A stretch of DNA of 64,000 bases from Rhodanobacteraceae bacterium (GTDB lineage Bacteria > Pseudomonadota > Gammaproteobacteria > Xanthomonadales > SZUA-5), in NCBI GenBank assembly GCA_031422315.1, contig JANOQN010000074.1, positions 19,444-83,443 on the forward strand, in the 5' to 3' direction. Under the pieces are notes generated by a model that saw only the letters and a list, made by a program, of their open reading frames with translations, had not been told where the DNA came from and made no database searches. How positions within the stretch are numbered: position 1 is the first letter of the stretch; every line of letters begins with the position of its first letter. A program made the translations under genes and the position numbers. Shown here one piece after another: positions 55,712 through 64,000 of this stretch.

Positions 55712-56539
55712 CTAATACAGCTGGCGATTTAAACCAAGCGCTTGCAGCACTTTACTGGCGATTTCTTCAATCGAAGTGTGAGTTGACGAAAGTGAAGGAA
55801 TGTTCTCGCGTCGATACAATTTCTGCGCGGTTTCCACTTCCCACTGGCACTGCGCAAGGCTGGCGTACTGGCTATTCGGTCGGCGCTCTGAGCGAATTTG
55901 CGATAGCCGCACCGGATCAATCGTTAGTGCGTAAAGACGATCTTTGAAGCTTTGCAATTTGGGTGGGATTTCCCCGGCTTCTAAATCTTCTGGAATTAGC
56001 GGGTAGTTCGCCGCGCGCACGCCATAGTGCAGTGCCATGTAAAGGCAGGTCGGCGTCTTGCCGCTGCGTGATACGCCCAGCAGAATGACTTCGGCGTCGG
56101 AGAAGTTAATGTCCACGCCATCGTCGTGCGTCAACGCGTAGTTCGTAGCGTTCATGCGCGCCTCGTATTCGGCGTAGTTATTCAACCCGTGCGCTTTACC
56201 GACGCTCGGCGTGCGGCTTTGCCCAAGCTCAAGCTCTAGCGGGCCGATAAACGGTGCAAATACGTCCAGCATGAGCGCGCCACTTTCAGCTAACACGCTG
56301 CTCAATATTGGATCAACCACCGTGTTGACGACAATTGGCCTTGCTTGGGTATGCGCATGCGCAGCAGTAATCAGCGCGCAGGCAGCGCGCGCTTTTTCTT
56401 CGCTATCAACGAACGGCAGCCGCTTGGTATCAAAGTCAATGCCGTCAAACTGCGTTAGCACGCTATGGCCGATGGTTTCGGCGGTAATGCCGGTACCATC
56501 GGATACAAAAAAAATCGGCCGACGCGGGCGCGCTAACAT
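55712..56539 (-). CDS. ppsR: pyruvate, water dikinase regulatory protein (PEP synthase regulatory protein, DUF299)
   Basis: N-terminus IFFVSDGTGITAETIGHSVLTQF; P-loop GVSRSGKTPT. Confidence 0.85.
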   Translation of the reverse strand: MLARPRRPIFFVSDGTGITAETIGHSVLTQFDGIDFDTKRLPFVDSEEKARAACALITAAHAHTQARPIVVNTVVDPILSSVLAESGALMLDVFAPFIGPLELELGQSRTPSVGKAHGLNNYAEYEARMNATNYALTHDDGVDINFSDAEVILLGVSRSGKTPTCLYMALHYGVRAANYPLIPEDLEAGEIPPKLQSFKDRLYALTIDPVRLSQIRSERRPNSQYASLAQCQWEVETAQKLYRRENIPSLSSTHTSIEEIASKVLQALGLNRQLY

Positions 56540-56581
56540 CAGCCTACAACCCGCGTTTTTATACCGATTTGATTTTGATTT

Positions 56582-57520
56582 TTAGGGCGCATCGGCCAAT
56601 GCAGGATCACCATCGCGGCCTTTCATCAGATCATACTTATTCACGCCGAGCATAATTAGCAGCGGGCAAGCGAAGAAGATAGAAGACAGAGTGCCGATGA
56701 TGATGCCGAGTATCTGCGATAGCGCCATGCCTTCGAGCGAGGAGCCGCCGAAGATATAGAGCGCGACCACGGTAAGCAAAGCTACGAACGAGGTAATAAT
56801 CGTGCGTGACAGTGTTTCATTGATCGAGCGATTCATCACTTCAATCGGCTCCGATTTGTGCATGCTGCGGAAATTTTCCCGAACCCGATCAAACACCACG
56901 ATGGTGTCGTTGATCGAGTAGCCCATCACCGACAAAATACCGGCGAACACGTTCAAATCAAAATCCAGCTGAAACAGCGAAAATATACCGGCTACTACAA
57001 TGACGTCGTGCAGCGTGGTTGCGATTGCGGCAACCGCAAACTTCCATTCAAATCGCACCGTCACGTAAATCAAAAACCCCAGCGCGACAAATATCATCGC
57101 TAACACGCCGTTCTCGACAATTTCATCGCCGACCTGCGATCCGATAAACGCGCTACGGGTGACCTTTGCAGGGTTGTCTGTTGATTGCAGCAAATCCAGC
57201 ACCGATTGCGTGGTTTGTTCGATATTGCCTTTGCCTTCTACCGTTTGTAGGCGCACCGATACCCGGCGCTGCTCGCCTAAAAACTGCACCACCGGCGCAC
57301 GAAAGCCGGCTTTTTCCAGCGTTGCTTGGATATTGTCGGTATTTGCGGGCGTTTTGTATTCCAGCTCAACCAGCGTGCCGCCGGTGAAATCGAGTGCAAA
57401 GTTCAGCCCCCGGGTAGCGAACGACAGCAGCGCCGCGACCAGCAGCACCAGCGAGATAATGACCGATATACGTCCTAACGCCATAAAATTGACGTTAGTA
57501 CCGGGCTTGATTAATTCCAT
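56582..57520 (-). CDS. secF: protein translocase subunit SecF
   Basis: SecF membrane topology and conserved LDFTGGT motif; follows secD. Confidence 0.93.
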   Translation of the reverse strand: MELIKPGTNVNFMALGRISVIISLVLLVAALLSFATRGLNFALDFTGGTLVELEYKTPANTDNIQATLEKAGFRAPVVQFLGEQRRVSVRLQTVEGKGNIEQTTQSVLDLLQSTDNPAKVTRSAFIGSQVGDEIVENGVLAMIFVALGFLIYVTVRFEWKFAVAAIATTLHDVIVVAGIFSLFQLDFDLNVFAGILSVMGYSINDTIVVFDRVRENFRSMHKSEPIEVMNRSINETLSRTIITSFVALLTVVALYIFGGSSLEGMALSQILGIIIGTLSSIFFACPLLIMLGVNKYDLMKGRDGDPALADAP

Positions 57521-57545
57521 CTGAGATTCTCCTTTTGCTTTCGTA

Positions 57546-59423
57546 TTAAATTGAAAGCGTTTTAACTTTGCGGCCGCTGTAGATCAGCGCGGCGATGGCT
57601 TTGGATAGGCTGACAGCGGTGTACATCGAGGTCAAAATCCCCAAACACAGCGTCAGCGCGAAACCTTTAATCGGGCCCGATCCAAACGCAAACAGCGCAA
57701 TACCGCCTAATAATGCGGTGACGTTCGCATCAGCAATCGTGCCGCTGGCTTTTTCGTAGCCGATCTCAATGGCTTGCAGCGGGGTAATGCCGCGCCTTAA
57801 TTCTTCACGAATACGCTCGTTAATCAGCACGTTCGCATCGACAGACATACCGACGGTCAGTGCCAAGCCGGCAAGCCCGGGCAGCGTCATAGTGGCGCCG
57901 AACACACTCATCAGCGCAACCACCATCAGCAAGTTGACCATCAGCGCAATGTTCGAAATAACGCCGAACATTTTGTAGTAGATCACGAAGAAAACCAGCA
58001 CGAATAGGAACGAGAACAAGATCGCCTTGATGCCTGACTCAATATTCTTTGCGCCTAAGCTAGGCCCGATGACCCGCTCTTCGACAATATCCATTGGCGC
58101 GGCGAGTGAGCCTGATCGCAGCGAATCAGCGAGTTCCTTCGCTCGATCACCGGTCAAACCGGTGGTGCGGAAATTTTTGCCGAGCGTCGATTGCACAGTC
58201 GCAATATTAATCACTTCCACTTTGTCGGTGTAGGTGGTCACCACTTTGCCGTCAACTCGACGATCCACCGGCACGCGTTCGCGGTACACCACAGCCATCA
58301 AATTACCAACGTTTTTCGAGCTAAATTCGATCATGCGATTGGCGGCGGCGCCATTGAGCGTGACGGATACTTCCGGCTGACCCGTATCGGAGCCGATACC
58401 GGAAACCGCATTCTCTAAATCTTCACCAGACGCAATGATTTCTTTCTTCAAGATCACTGGCGGGCCTAATTCAGCGCCTTCACCGGTCTCGTAAAAAATC
58501 GCCGAATCACCCGGCACATTGCCGGAACGAGCGATATCGGCGGCATTGAGATTGCTGCTCATATCCACCGCGCGATATTCCAAGGTAGCAGTCGAACCTA
58601 AAATTTTCTTGGCATAGGCGGTGTCTTGCACGCCGGGTAATTGCACGACCACGCGATCTAAGCCTTGGCGTTGCACTAGCGGTTCAGACACGCCTAAATT
58701 ATTGACGCGTCGGCGCAGCGTCGCAATGTTTTGCTCGACTGCGACTTGCAGCGCTCTGGTAATTTCTTCAGGGCGTATGCGCGCAGCAATGCGGGTATCG
58801 CCATCATCGCGCAGCAGCTCTAATTCGGGCAGCGTGCGGGTGATTTCTTTGCGCGTGCGGTCAACGTCTTCGCGCTTGAGCACTTTGAATTCGAGCAGGT
58901 CGCCGTTATTGTCGATTGAGCCTGATCTGGAAATATCGCGGCGCGTCATCATGCTGGTCAGCGCGGAAACCAAACGCTGGCGCATGCGCGTTTGCGTGCT
59001 GGCGCGATCGACTTGCAGCAAAAAGTGCACGCCACCGCGTAAATCCAGGCCCAGCGTCATTGCGCGCGCGCCGATTTTGCTGAGCCACTCCGGCGTGGTC
59101 GGTGCCAAGTTCAACGCCGAGTTATATTTTCCGGCGATTTTGTCGTCTAAGCGAATCAAATCATTCGCGGCTGTTTGGGTTTCTAAGCTATCGAGCTTGA
59201 CCAACAGGCGATCTTTACTCAGCTCAACCGCTTGAAACGCAATTTTATTGCCTTTGAGCAACCCTTCGACATCACCCTTCAGCGTTGGGCTGACTTTATT
59301 GGGCAAAATCCCGGAAAGCTGCACTGCGGGGATCGGTTGAAACACATTAGGCAGCGCGTAAAGCCCGCTGACCACCACAACAAACAGCAAAACCAGGTAT
59401 TTCCATTTCGGAAAATCAAACAT
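57546..59423 (-). CDS. secD: protein translocase subunit SecD
   Basis: N-terminus MFDFPKWKYLVLLFVVVVSGLYALPN; large periplasmic domain; C-terminal 6-TM bundle. Confidence 0.95.
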   Translation of the reverse strand: MFDFPKWKYLVLLFVVVVSGLYALPNVFQPIPAVQLSGILPNKVSPTLKGDVEGLLKGNKIAFQAVELSKDRLLVKLDSLETQTAANDLIRLDDKIAGKYNSALNLAPTTPEWLSKIGARAMTLGLDLRGGVHFLLQVDRASTQTRMRQRLVSALTSMMTRRDISRSGSIDNNGDLLEFKVLKREDVDRTRKEITRTLPELELLRDDGDTRIAARIRPEEITRALQVAVEQNIATLRRRVNNLGVSEPLVQRQGLDRVVVQLPGVQDTAYAKKILGSTATLEYRAVDMSSNLNAADIARSGNVPGDSAIFYETGEGAELGPPVILKKEIIASGEDLENAVSGIGSDTGQPEVSVTLNGAAANRMIEFSSKNVGNLMAVVYRERVPVDRRVDGKVVTTYTDKVEVINIATVQSTLGKNFRTTGLTGDRAKELADSLRSGSLAAPMDIVEERVIGPSLGAKNIESGIKAILFSFLFVLVFFVIYYKMFGVISNIALMVNLLMVVALMSVFGATMTLPGLAGLALTVGMSVDANVLINERIREELRRGITPLQAIEIGYEKASGTIADANVTALLGGIALFAFGSGPIKGFALTLCLGILTSMYTAVSLSKAIAALIYSGRKVKTLSI

Positions 59424-59479
59424 ATGCCTTCCTTAGCAATTCTTTATTCGTTCAATACGATGTGATCAGCAGGCGCAGC

Positions 59480-59809
59480 TCAAGCCTTCAGCGAACCTTT
59501 GGGCAGCAGCTTGTTGACCGCCGTGCGCTCTACCTTAATTTTGACTTTATCGGCGATTTCAAGGATCAAATACGGCTCCTGGATTTCATCAATACGACCA
59601 ACAATGCCGCCAGCAATCACGATTTCATCGCCGCGCTGTAGGCTATCGACCAGCGATTGGTGTTCTTTTACCCGCTTGTTTTGCGAGCGGCTCATGAAAA
59701 ACAGCAAGCCGACCATCATGACGGTAAATATAAGCATCGTGCCAAAACCACCGCCCGGCGCTGCGGCGCCTGCAGTTTGCGCGTGCGCGCTTGAGATGAG
59801 CCAATCCAT
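59480..59809 (-). CDS. yajC: preprotein translocase subunit YajC
   Basis: A ~110-aa single-TM protein immediately upstream of secD; likely start MDWLISSAHAQ at 59809 (the track ORF starts at 59869). Confidence 0.85.
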   Translation of the reverse strand: MDWLISSAHAQTAGAAAPGGGFGTMLIFTVMMVGLLFFMSRSQNKRVKEHQSLVDSLQRGDEIVIAGGIVGRIDEIQEPYLILEIADKVKIKVERTAVNKLLPKGSLKA

Positions 59810-60097
59810 TAATGTTCCAACTTTCGCAAAGCCGCGAAGTATAGCCGCGTTATTTGCCAGATTGCGCAATCTAAGTCTGGCTATTGACCGTCAAAACCGC
59901 GTTAAGCCGTCTTTGTTCAGCGCTGGGTGCGGAGTTTTGCGGACTTCACTCGAGTGCATCACAGTGAATTACAGTACAGATTCGCCGCAAACCGCTCGCT
60001 TTCTGAGATATTCTCTACCTAACGGCGCTGATTTGAATAGATCAAGCGCCTCCACTATTGGGAACTAACCCCATCCGCTGTTTGCGCTTCGATTGGT

Positions 60098-60502
60098 TTG
60101 AAACGCTTTATGAATAATTCTCAGAAACAAACCCCGTACCACGTCCAAGTGACGGTTAAACCGGGCTACTTAGCCGAACAAAGCTTGCCAGATCGAAATC
60201 GCTACGCGTTTTCTTATCACGTGTCGATAAAAAACTGTGGCCAGTTCGCCGTGCAGCTGCGCACCCGGCACTGGATCATTACTGATTCTGATGGCCGCGC
60301 CGAAGAAGTTCGCGGCGATGGCGTAGTCGGCGAACAACCCATGCTCGAACCCGGCGCAAGTTTTGAGTACAGCAGCGGCGCGGTAATCCGCACGCAAGTC
60401 GGCACCATGCAGGGCAGCTACCAAATGATTGCCAGTGACGGCCACCTTTTTGACGCAGAAATCCCACAGTTCACGCTGTCGGTGCCGCGCGTTTTGCACT
60501 GA
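60098..60502 (+). CDS. apaG: ApaG (DUF525) protein
   Basis: ~125-aa ApaG fold sequence (VQVTVKPGYLAEQSLPDRNRYAFSYHVSIKN); precedes apaH. Confidence 0.88.
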   Translation: MKRFMNNSQKQTPYHVQVTVKPGYLAEQSLPDRNRYAFSYHVSIKNCGQFAVQLRTRHWIITDSDGRAEEVRGDGVVGEQPMLEPGASFEYSSGAVIRTQVGTMQGSYQMIASDGHLFDAEIPQFTLSVPRVLH

Positions 60503-61344
60503 TGGCGACCTACGCCATTGGCGATGTCCAGGGCTGCTACGACTCACTCTTACGGCTGCTAGACAGGCTAAAATTTAGCGAAGCCACCGACACGCTGTGG
60601 TTTTGCGGTGATATTGTCAATCGCGGCGGGCAATCACTCGAAACGCTGCGTTTTATCAAAAAGCTGGGCGATGCCGCCATCGTCGTTCTGGGCAATCATG
60701 ATTTGCACTTGCTAGCCGAGCGCGTCAAACCGCCTGAGCGCCGGCAGCGTTCGGCGGAGCTTAAAAGCGTGTTAGACGCGCCCGATGCGAATGAACTGCT
60801 GGAATGGCTGCGCTTTCGCCCGCTGCTGCATCACTGTGAAAAACTTAACTTCGTGATGGTGCACGCCGGCTTGTCACCGTTTTGGACGCTGACCATCGCC
60901 AAAGCGCAAGCGCAAATCGTACAAAAAGCCATCCAGGCCGATGATTACGGCAATTTGTTGATGCGCATGTACGGCAATCGCCCGCGCGGCTGGACAAAGG
61001 AGTTGAAGGGTTTAAATCGCCTGCGCGCCAGCATTAATACCTTCACTCGCATGCGCTATTGCGATGTTAAAGGCAATATCGACTTTGAAGCCAAAGGTAT
61101 GCCAGGCACACAGGCCGCGCCAAACTACCCGTGGTATGAAGTGCCGGGCCAAAAGCCGCGCAGCTTTAAGCTGGTATTTGGGCACTGGAGCATGCTCGGC
61201 AAATTCGAAGGCTGCGGCGTGTATTGCTTGGACACCGGTTGCGTGTGGGGCCGCACGCTCAGCGCGCTGCGCTTAGATGTTCCGGAGCCTGAATTTATTA
61301 GCGTGGCTTCAACGCTGCCGCCTCGGGAAATTCGGGGCGATTGA
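60502..61344 (+). CDS. apaH: bis(5'-nucleosyl)-tetraphosphatase (symmetrical) ApaH
   Basis: Metallophosphatase motifs GDVQGC, GDIVNRG, GNHD. 1-bp overlap with apaG. Confidence 0.9.
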   Translation: MATYAIGDVQGCYDSLLRLLDRLKFSEATDTLWFCGDIVNRGGQSLETLRFIKKLGDAAIVVLGNHDLHLLAERVKPPERRQRSAELKSVLDAPDANELLEWLRFRPLLHHCEKLNFVMVHAGLSPFWTLTIAKAQAQIVQKAIQADDYGNLLMRMYGNRPRGWTKELKGLNRLRASINTFTRMRYCDVKGNIDFEAKGMPGTQAAPNYPWYEVPGQKPRSFKLVFGHWSMLGKFEGCGVYCLDTGCVWGRTLSALRLDVPEPEFISVASTLPPREIRGD

Positions 61345-62489
61345 GCTTGACGGCGACGCCAGCGAGCGAGCCTGAAGCGCTGCGGCGCTGGCGCTTGATG
61401 TTAGGCCGCTACGCCGCTGAGCCGCTTGCCCACGCGCAATTTAATGCTGGCGATTGGAAGCTTGAGCAAGCGCTGGAATATCTGTACGGGCGTGAGTACG
61501 AAGCGCGCAGACTAGCCCGTCCGAGTGGTGGCGCGGGCTCGCTTGACCCTAGCCAGCTGCGCGCCATTGATTGGCTTAATCAATCGCGAAAGCTGTTTCC
61601 AAAGGACGTCTTCGAGCGCATGCAAACTCAGGCCATTGAGCGCTATCAGCTGAATGATTTACTGGCTGATGCCGACGTTTTGCGCTCGTTAGATGCTACC
61701 CCAGGGCTTGCCAAAGCGCTGCTGGGCATGCGTGGGCGGTTATCGGCGAAGATGCGCGATGCGGTGCGTGAGATTATCCAAAAAACCGTCGATGACATTA
61801 TCAAGCGCCTCAAGCATGACTTCATCAACGCACTGGTTGGGCGGCGCAATCGTCAGCGCATTTCTGAAGTAAAGGTGGCGCAGAATTTTGACGCGCGCGC
61901 GACGATCCGAGCGAACTTGAAAAACTTTGATCGTGAGCGCCGCCAGTTAGTCATCCAGCGGCCGCTGTTTAACACCCGCATCAAGCGCAACTTACCCTGG
62001 GATGTGGTGCTGTGCGTGGATCAAAGCGGCTCGATGCTGGACTCGGTAATTTACAGTGCGGTGATCGCGGGCATTATGTCATCCTTGCCTGCAGTGCGGG
62101 TCAAGCTGGTTGTTTTTGACACCAGCGTGGTGGATTTAACGCATTTAGCGCATGACCCGGTCGAGGTATTGCTGACCGTGCAACTCGGCGGCGGCACCGA
62201 TATTGGCCGCGCAGTGCGCTATTGCGAATCCTTGATAACGAACCCGCAGCGCACGGTATTTGCCTTGATAAGCGATTTTGAGGAAGGCGCAATGCCCGGG
62301 CCGCTGTTGGCATCGGTGCAGCGCATGGCGCAGGCGCGCGTGCGTCTGCTAGGGCTTGCCGCTTTGGATGAAGCGGCGAATCCAGTGTTTGATCGACAAA
62401 TGGCGCAGCGCTTGGCGAATAAGGGCATGCACGTTGCGGCGCTAACGCCAGTGCATTTCGCGCATTGGCTTGCCGAAGTGATGAATTAG
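61341..62489 (+). CDS. von Willebrand factor A (VWA) domain protein
   Basis: MIDAS-type VWA core: WDVVLCVDQSGSM...VKLVVFDTSVVDL...GGGTDIG. Overlaps apaH by 4 bp. Confidence 0.7.
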   Translation: MSLTATPASEPEALRRWRLMLGRYAAEPLAHAQFNAGDWKLEQALEYLYGREYEARRLARPSGGAGSLDPSQLRAIDWLNQSRKLFPKDVFERMQTQAIERYQLNDLLADADVLRSLDATPGLAKALLGMRGRLSAKMRDAVREIIQKTVDDIIKRLKHDFINALVGRRNRQRISEVKVAQNFDARATIRANLKNFDRERRQLVIQRPLFNTRIKRNLPWDVVLCVDQSGSMLDSVIYSAVIAGIMSSLPAVRVKLVVFDTSVVDLTHLAHDPVEVLLTVQLGGGTDIGRAVRYCESLITNPQRTVFALISDFEEGAMPGPLLASVQRMAQARVRLLGLAALDEAANPVFDRQMAQRLANKGMHVAALTPVHFAHWLAEVMN

Positions 62490-64000
62490 TGGATTGGCAG
62501 CGCGCGTTCAGTGCTTATGATGACGGCGCTTTGGAAGCGCTGGCCAATGCGGGCCTGCTGCGGCGCGCCGCTAAAGATGTAGAAGCGGGAAAAGTGCAGT
62601 GGGTAGACGCGGGTGCAGCAGCAGGTAAAGTTATTACAGATGGTCAGTGCGTTGAGCTGGATGCGCGCGGGCCGCAGCATACGCGCTGCAACTGCCCGGC
62701 GCCGGGGCTGTGCAAGCATATTTTGGCGGCCATTGTGTGGCTGCGCGAGTTACCCGCGAGCTCGGAAATTGCTGACGATGAAGTCGCAGGCGGCGCCGAT
62801 AGCCTGCCCGCTGAATCTGGGTCTGCCTACATGGTGCCACCTGATCCATTAGCCGAGGTGCTGGCTTTGGAGAGCGCAAGCTTGTTTAAAGCGGCCGGTG
62901 TGGCGGCCACGCGTGAAGCCGCCCGTATGGTATTGGGCACTCAAACAATCGGCATGGAATGGCGCGTGCAGGGTGCGAGTTTGGTCATGGATTTAGCCGA
63001 GCTAGGCCTTAGCTGCCGCTGGATTGCCGGCGCAGGTTTTGCCGGCATGGCCTCCGATATTCCGGTCAATCAGCGTAAATCCATACATCTGATCGCGCTG
63101 GCTGCGCTACGTTTGGCATTGAATCAGCCGCTGAGTTGGCCGAAGGAATTGCAGCCAATGGCGTGCGCGGAAGCGGCCGGTTTGGCCGCCAGCGAGCTTG
63201 CTTTTTTGGAGCAAGTACGCAGCACAATATCCGAGCTTTTGTGCACCGGGCTATCGCACGCTAGCAGCTTAGTAACAGCGCGGCTGTTGGCGCTGAATAT
63301 GTCCGCGCGCAGCGAAGGCATGCCGCGCCTTGGGGCCATGTTGCGCAACTTAGGCGGCATGCTCGAGCTATTGGTACAGCGCGATCACCAAGCGCAGGAG
63401 GCAGATGCCTTTGCTCTAATTTGTAGCATTGAAGCGCTGTGCTTGGCCATGCAAGCTGATGCGAATGTGGCTCAGCTTGCCGCACTACGCGGGCGTTTAC
63501 GCCGAGTATTTGATAGCGCAGACACGCTAGAGTTGTTGCCGGTCGGCGCGCAGTGGTGGCAAACGCTGGGCGGTGCGCGCGGTCTAAGCATTTCATTCTG
63601 GGACGTATCCGGCGCAAGGCTATTACAAGCCACCTTGGCAAGGCCAGACGCGAGCGATGCGGCGTTTACTCGGCAAAGCGCCTGGAGTACGCAATCGCTT
63701 TGGCCGGGCATGGGCTCAGCTGAGCAAATCTGCGCGGGTCCGCTAACGCTCAGTGCGCCGCGCCTTGCCGATGATGATCGCTTAGCGCTGGGCGGCGCGA
63801 GCAAGGCGCAAAGCTCAGCCTTGTGGCCCGGCAATGATTCGCGCCTGCAGGCCATTGGCTACGGCGATTGGCAGCAGGTCAGTGAGCAATTACGCAGCAC
63901 CATTGGCTTGGCCGGAAACCTGGGTGAAACGATGCTGTTGCGGCCCGCTAGTACCGGTGCGCTCATACTAAACGAAGCGGCGCAGCAGCTGCTCTGGGCT
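62489..64000 (+). CDS. SWIM zinc-finger domain protein (3'-partial at window edge), translationally coupled to the VWA gene
   Basis: A frame open from ~62489 (GTG overlapping the VWA stop) to the window end. SWIM CxCxnCxH signature RCNCPAPGLCKHILAAIVWL near the N-terminus. The start is uncertain. Confidence 0.5.
   Translation, partial: MDWQRAFSAYDDGALEALANAGLLRRAAKDVEAGKVQWVDAGAAAGKVITDGQCVELDARGPQHTRCNCPAPGLCKHILAAIVWLRELPASSEIADDEVAGGADSLPAESGSAYMVPPDPLAEVLALESASLFKAAGVAATREAARMVLGTQTIGMEWRVQGASLVMDLAELGLSCRWIAGAGFAGMASDIPVNQRKSIHLIALAALRLALNQPLSWPKELQPMACAEAAGLAASELAFLEQVRSTISELLCTGLSHASSLVTARLLALNMSARSEGMPRLGAMLRNLGGMLELLVQRDHQAQEADAFALICSIEALCLAMQADANVAQLAALRGRLRRVFDSADTLELLPVGAQWWQTLGGARGLSISFWDVSGARLLQATLARPDASDAAFTRQSAWSTQSLWPGMGSAEQICAGPLTLSAPRLADDDRLALGGASKAQSSALWPGNDSRLQAIGYGDWQQVSEQLRSTIGLAGNLGETMLLRPASTGALILNEAAQQLLWA

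Overview
The window is a 64-kb chromosomal segment (about 55-58% GC by eye) that looks like a marine-type gammaproteobacterium. Conserved housekeeping blocks are present (tpiA-secG-tRNA-Leu, cfa-like, clpS-clpA, cysS, hemW, rph, kup, ppsR, yajC-secD-secF, apaG-apaH, thiG). Between them sit several accessory insertions. The most striking is a five-gene minus-strand operon: a coiled-coil protein, a YqiJ/NfeD-like membrane protein, a flotillin/SPFH protein, a 1710-aa coiled-coil protein with a MoxR/AAA_5-like ATPase, and a GspN-like protein. I did not recognise this as a described system. Other notable items are below.
- A xanthorhodopsin-type proton-pump rhodopsin (DTE motif) that is monocistronic, has its own terminator, is flanked by ~95-bp direct repeats, and sits next to two FHA-domain signalling proteins (one fused to a cNMP-binding domain).
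- A ~4.6-kb islet of secreted proteins (one gene strongly AT-rich) inserted upstream of thiG and bracketed by a duplicated promoter-like ~50-bp repeat.
- An AbiEii/DUF1814-like nucleotidyltransferase with an 8-bp-overlapping small partner ORF, a candidate toxin-antitoxin or abortive-infection module between clpA and an ElaA-type GNAT gene.
- A Tat-exported CN-hydrolase, a CphA-C-terminal-like Mur ligase and a GNAT in one operon.
- An ECF sigma / anti-sigma pair followed by two HEAT-repeat secreted proteins.
- A VWA plus SWIM-zinc-finger gene pair.
- Two classes of large palindromic MITE-like repeats, one of which is tandemly duplicated together with the 5' end of a gene.
No CRISPR array, rRNA or recognisable transposase was found.
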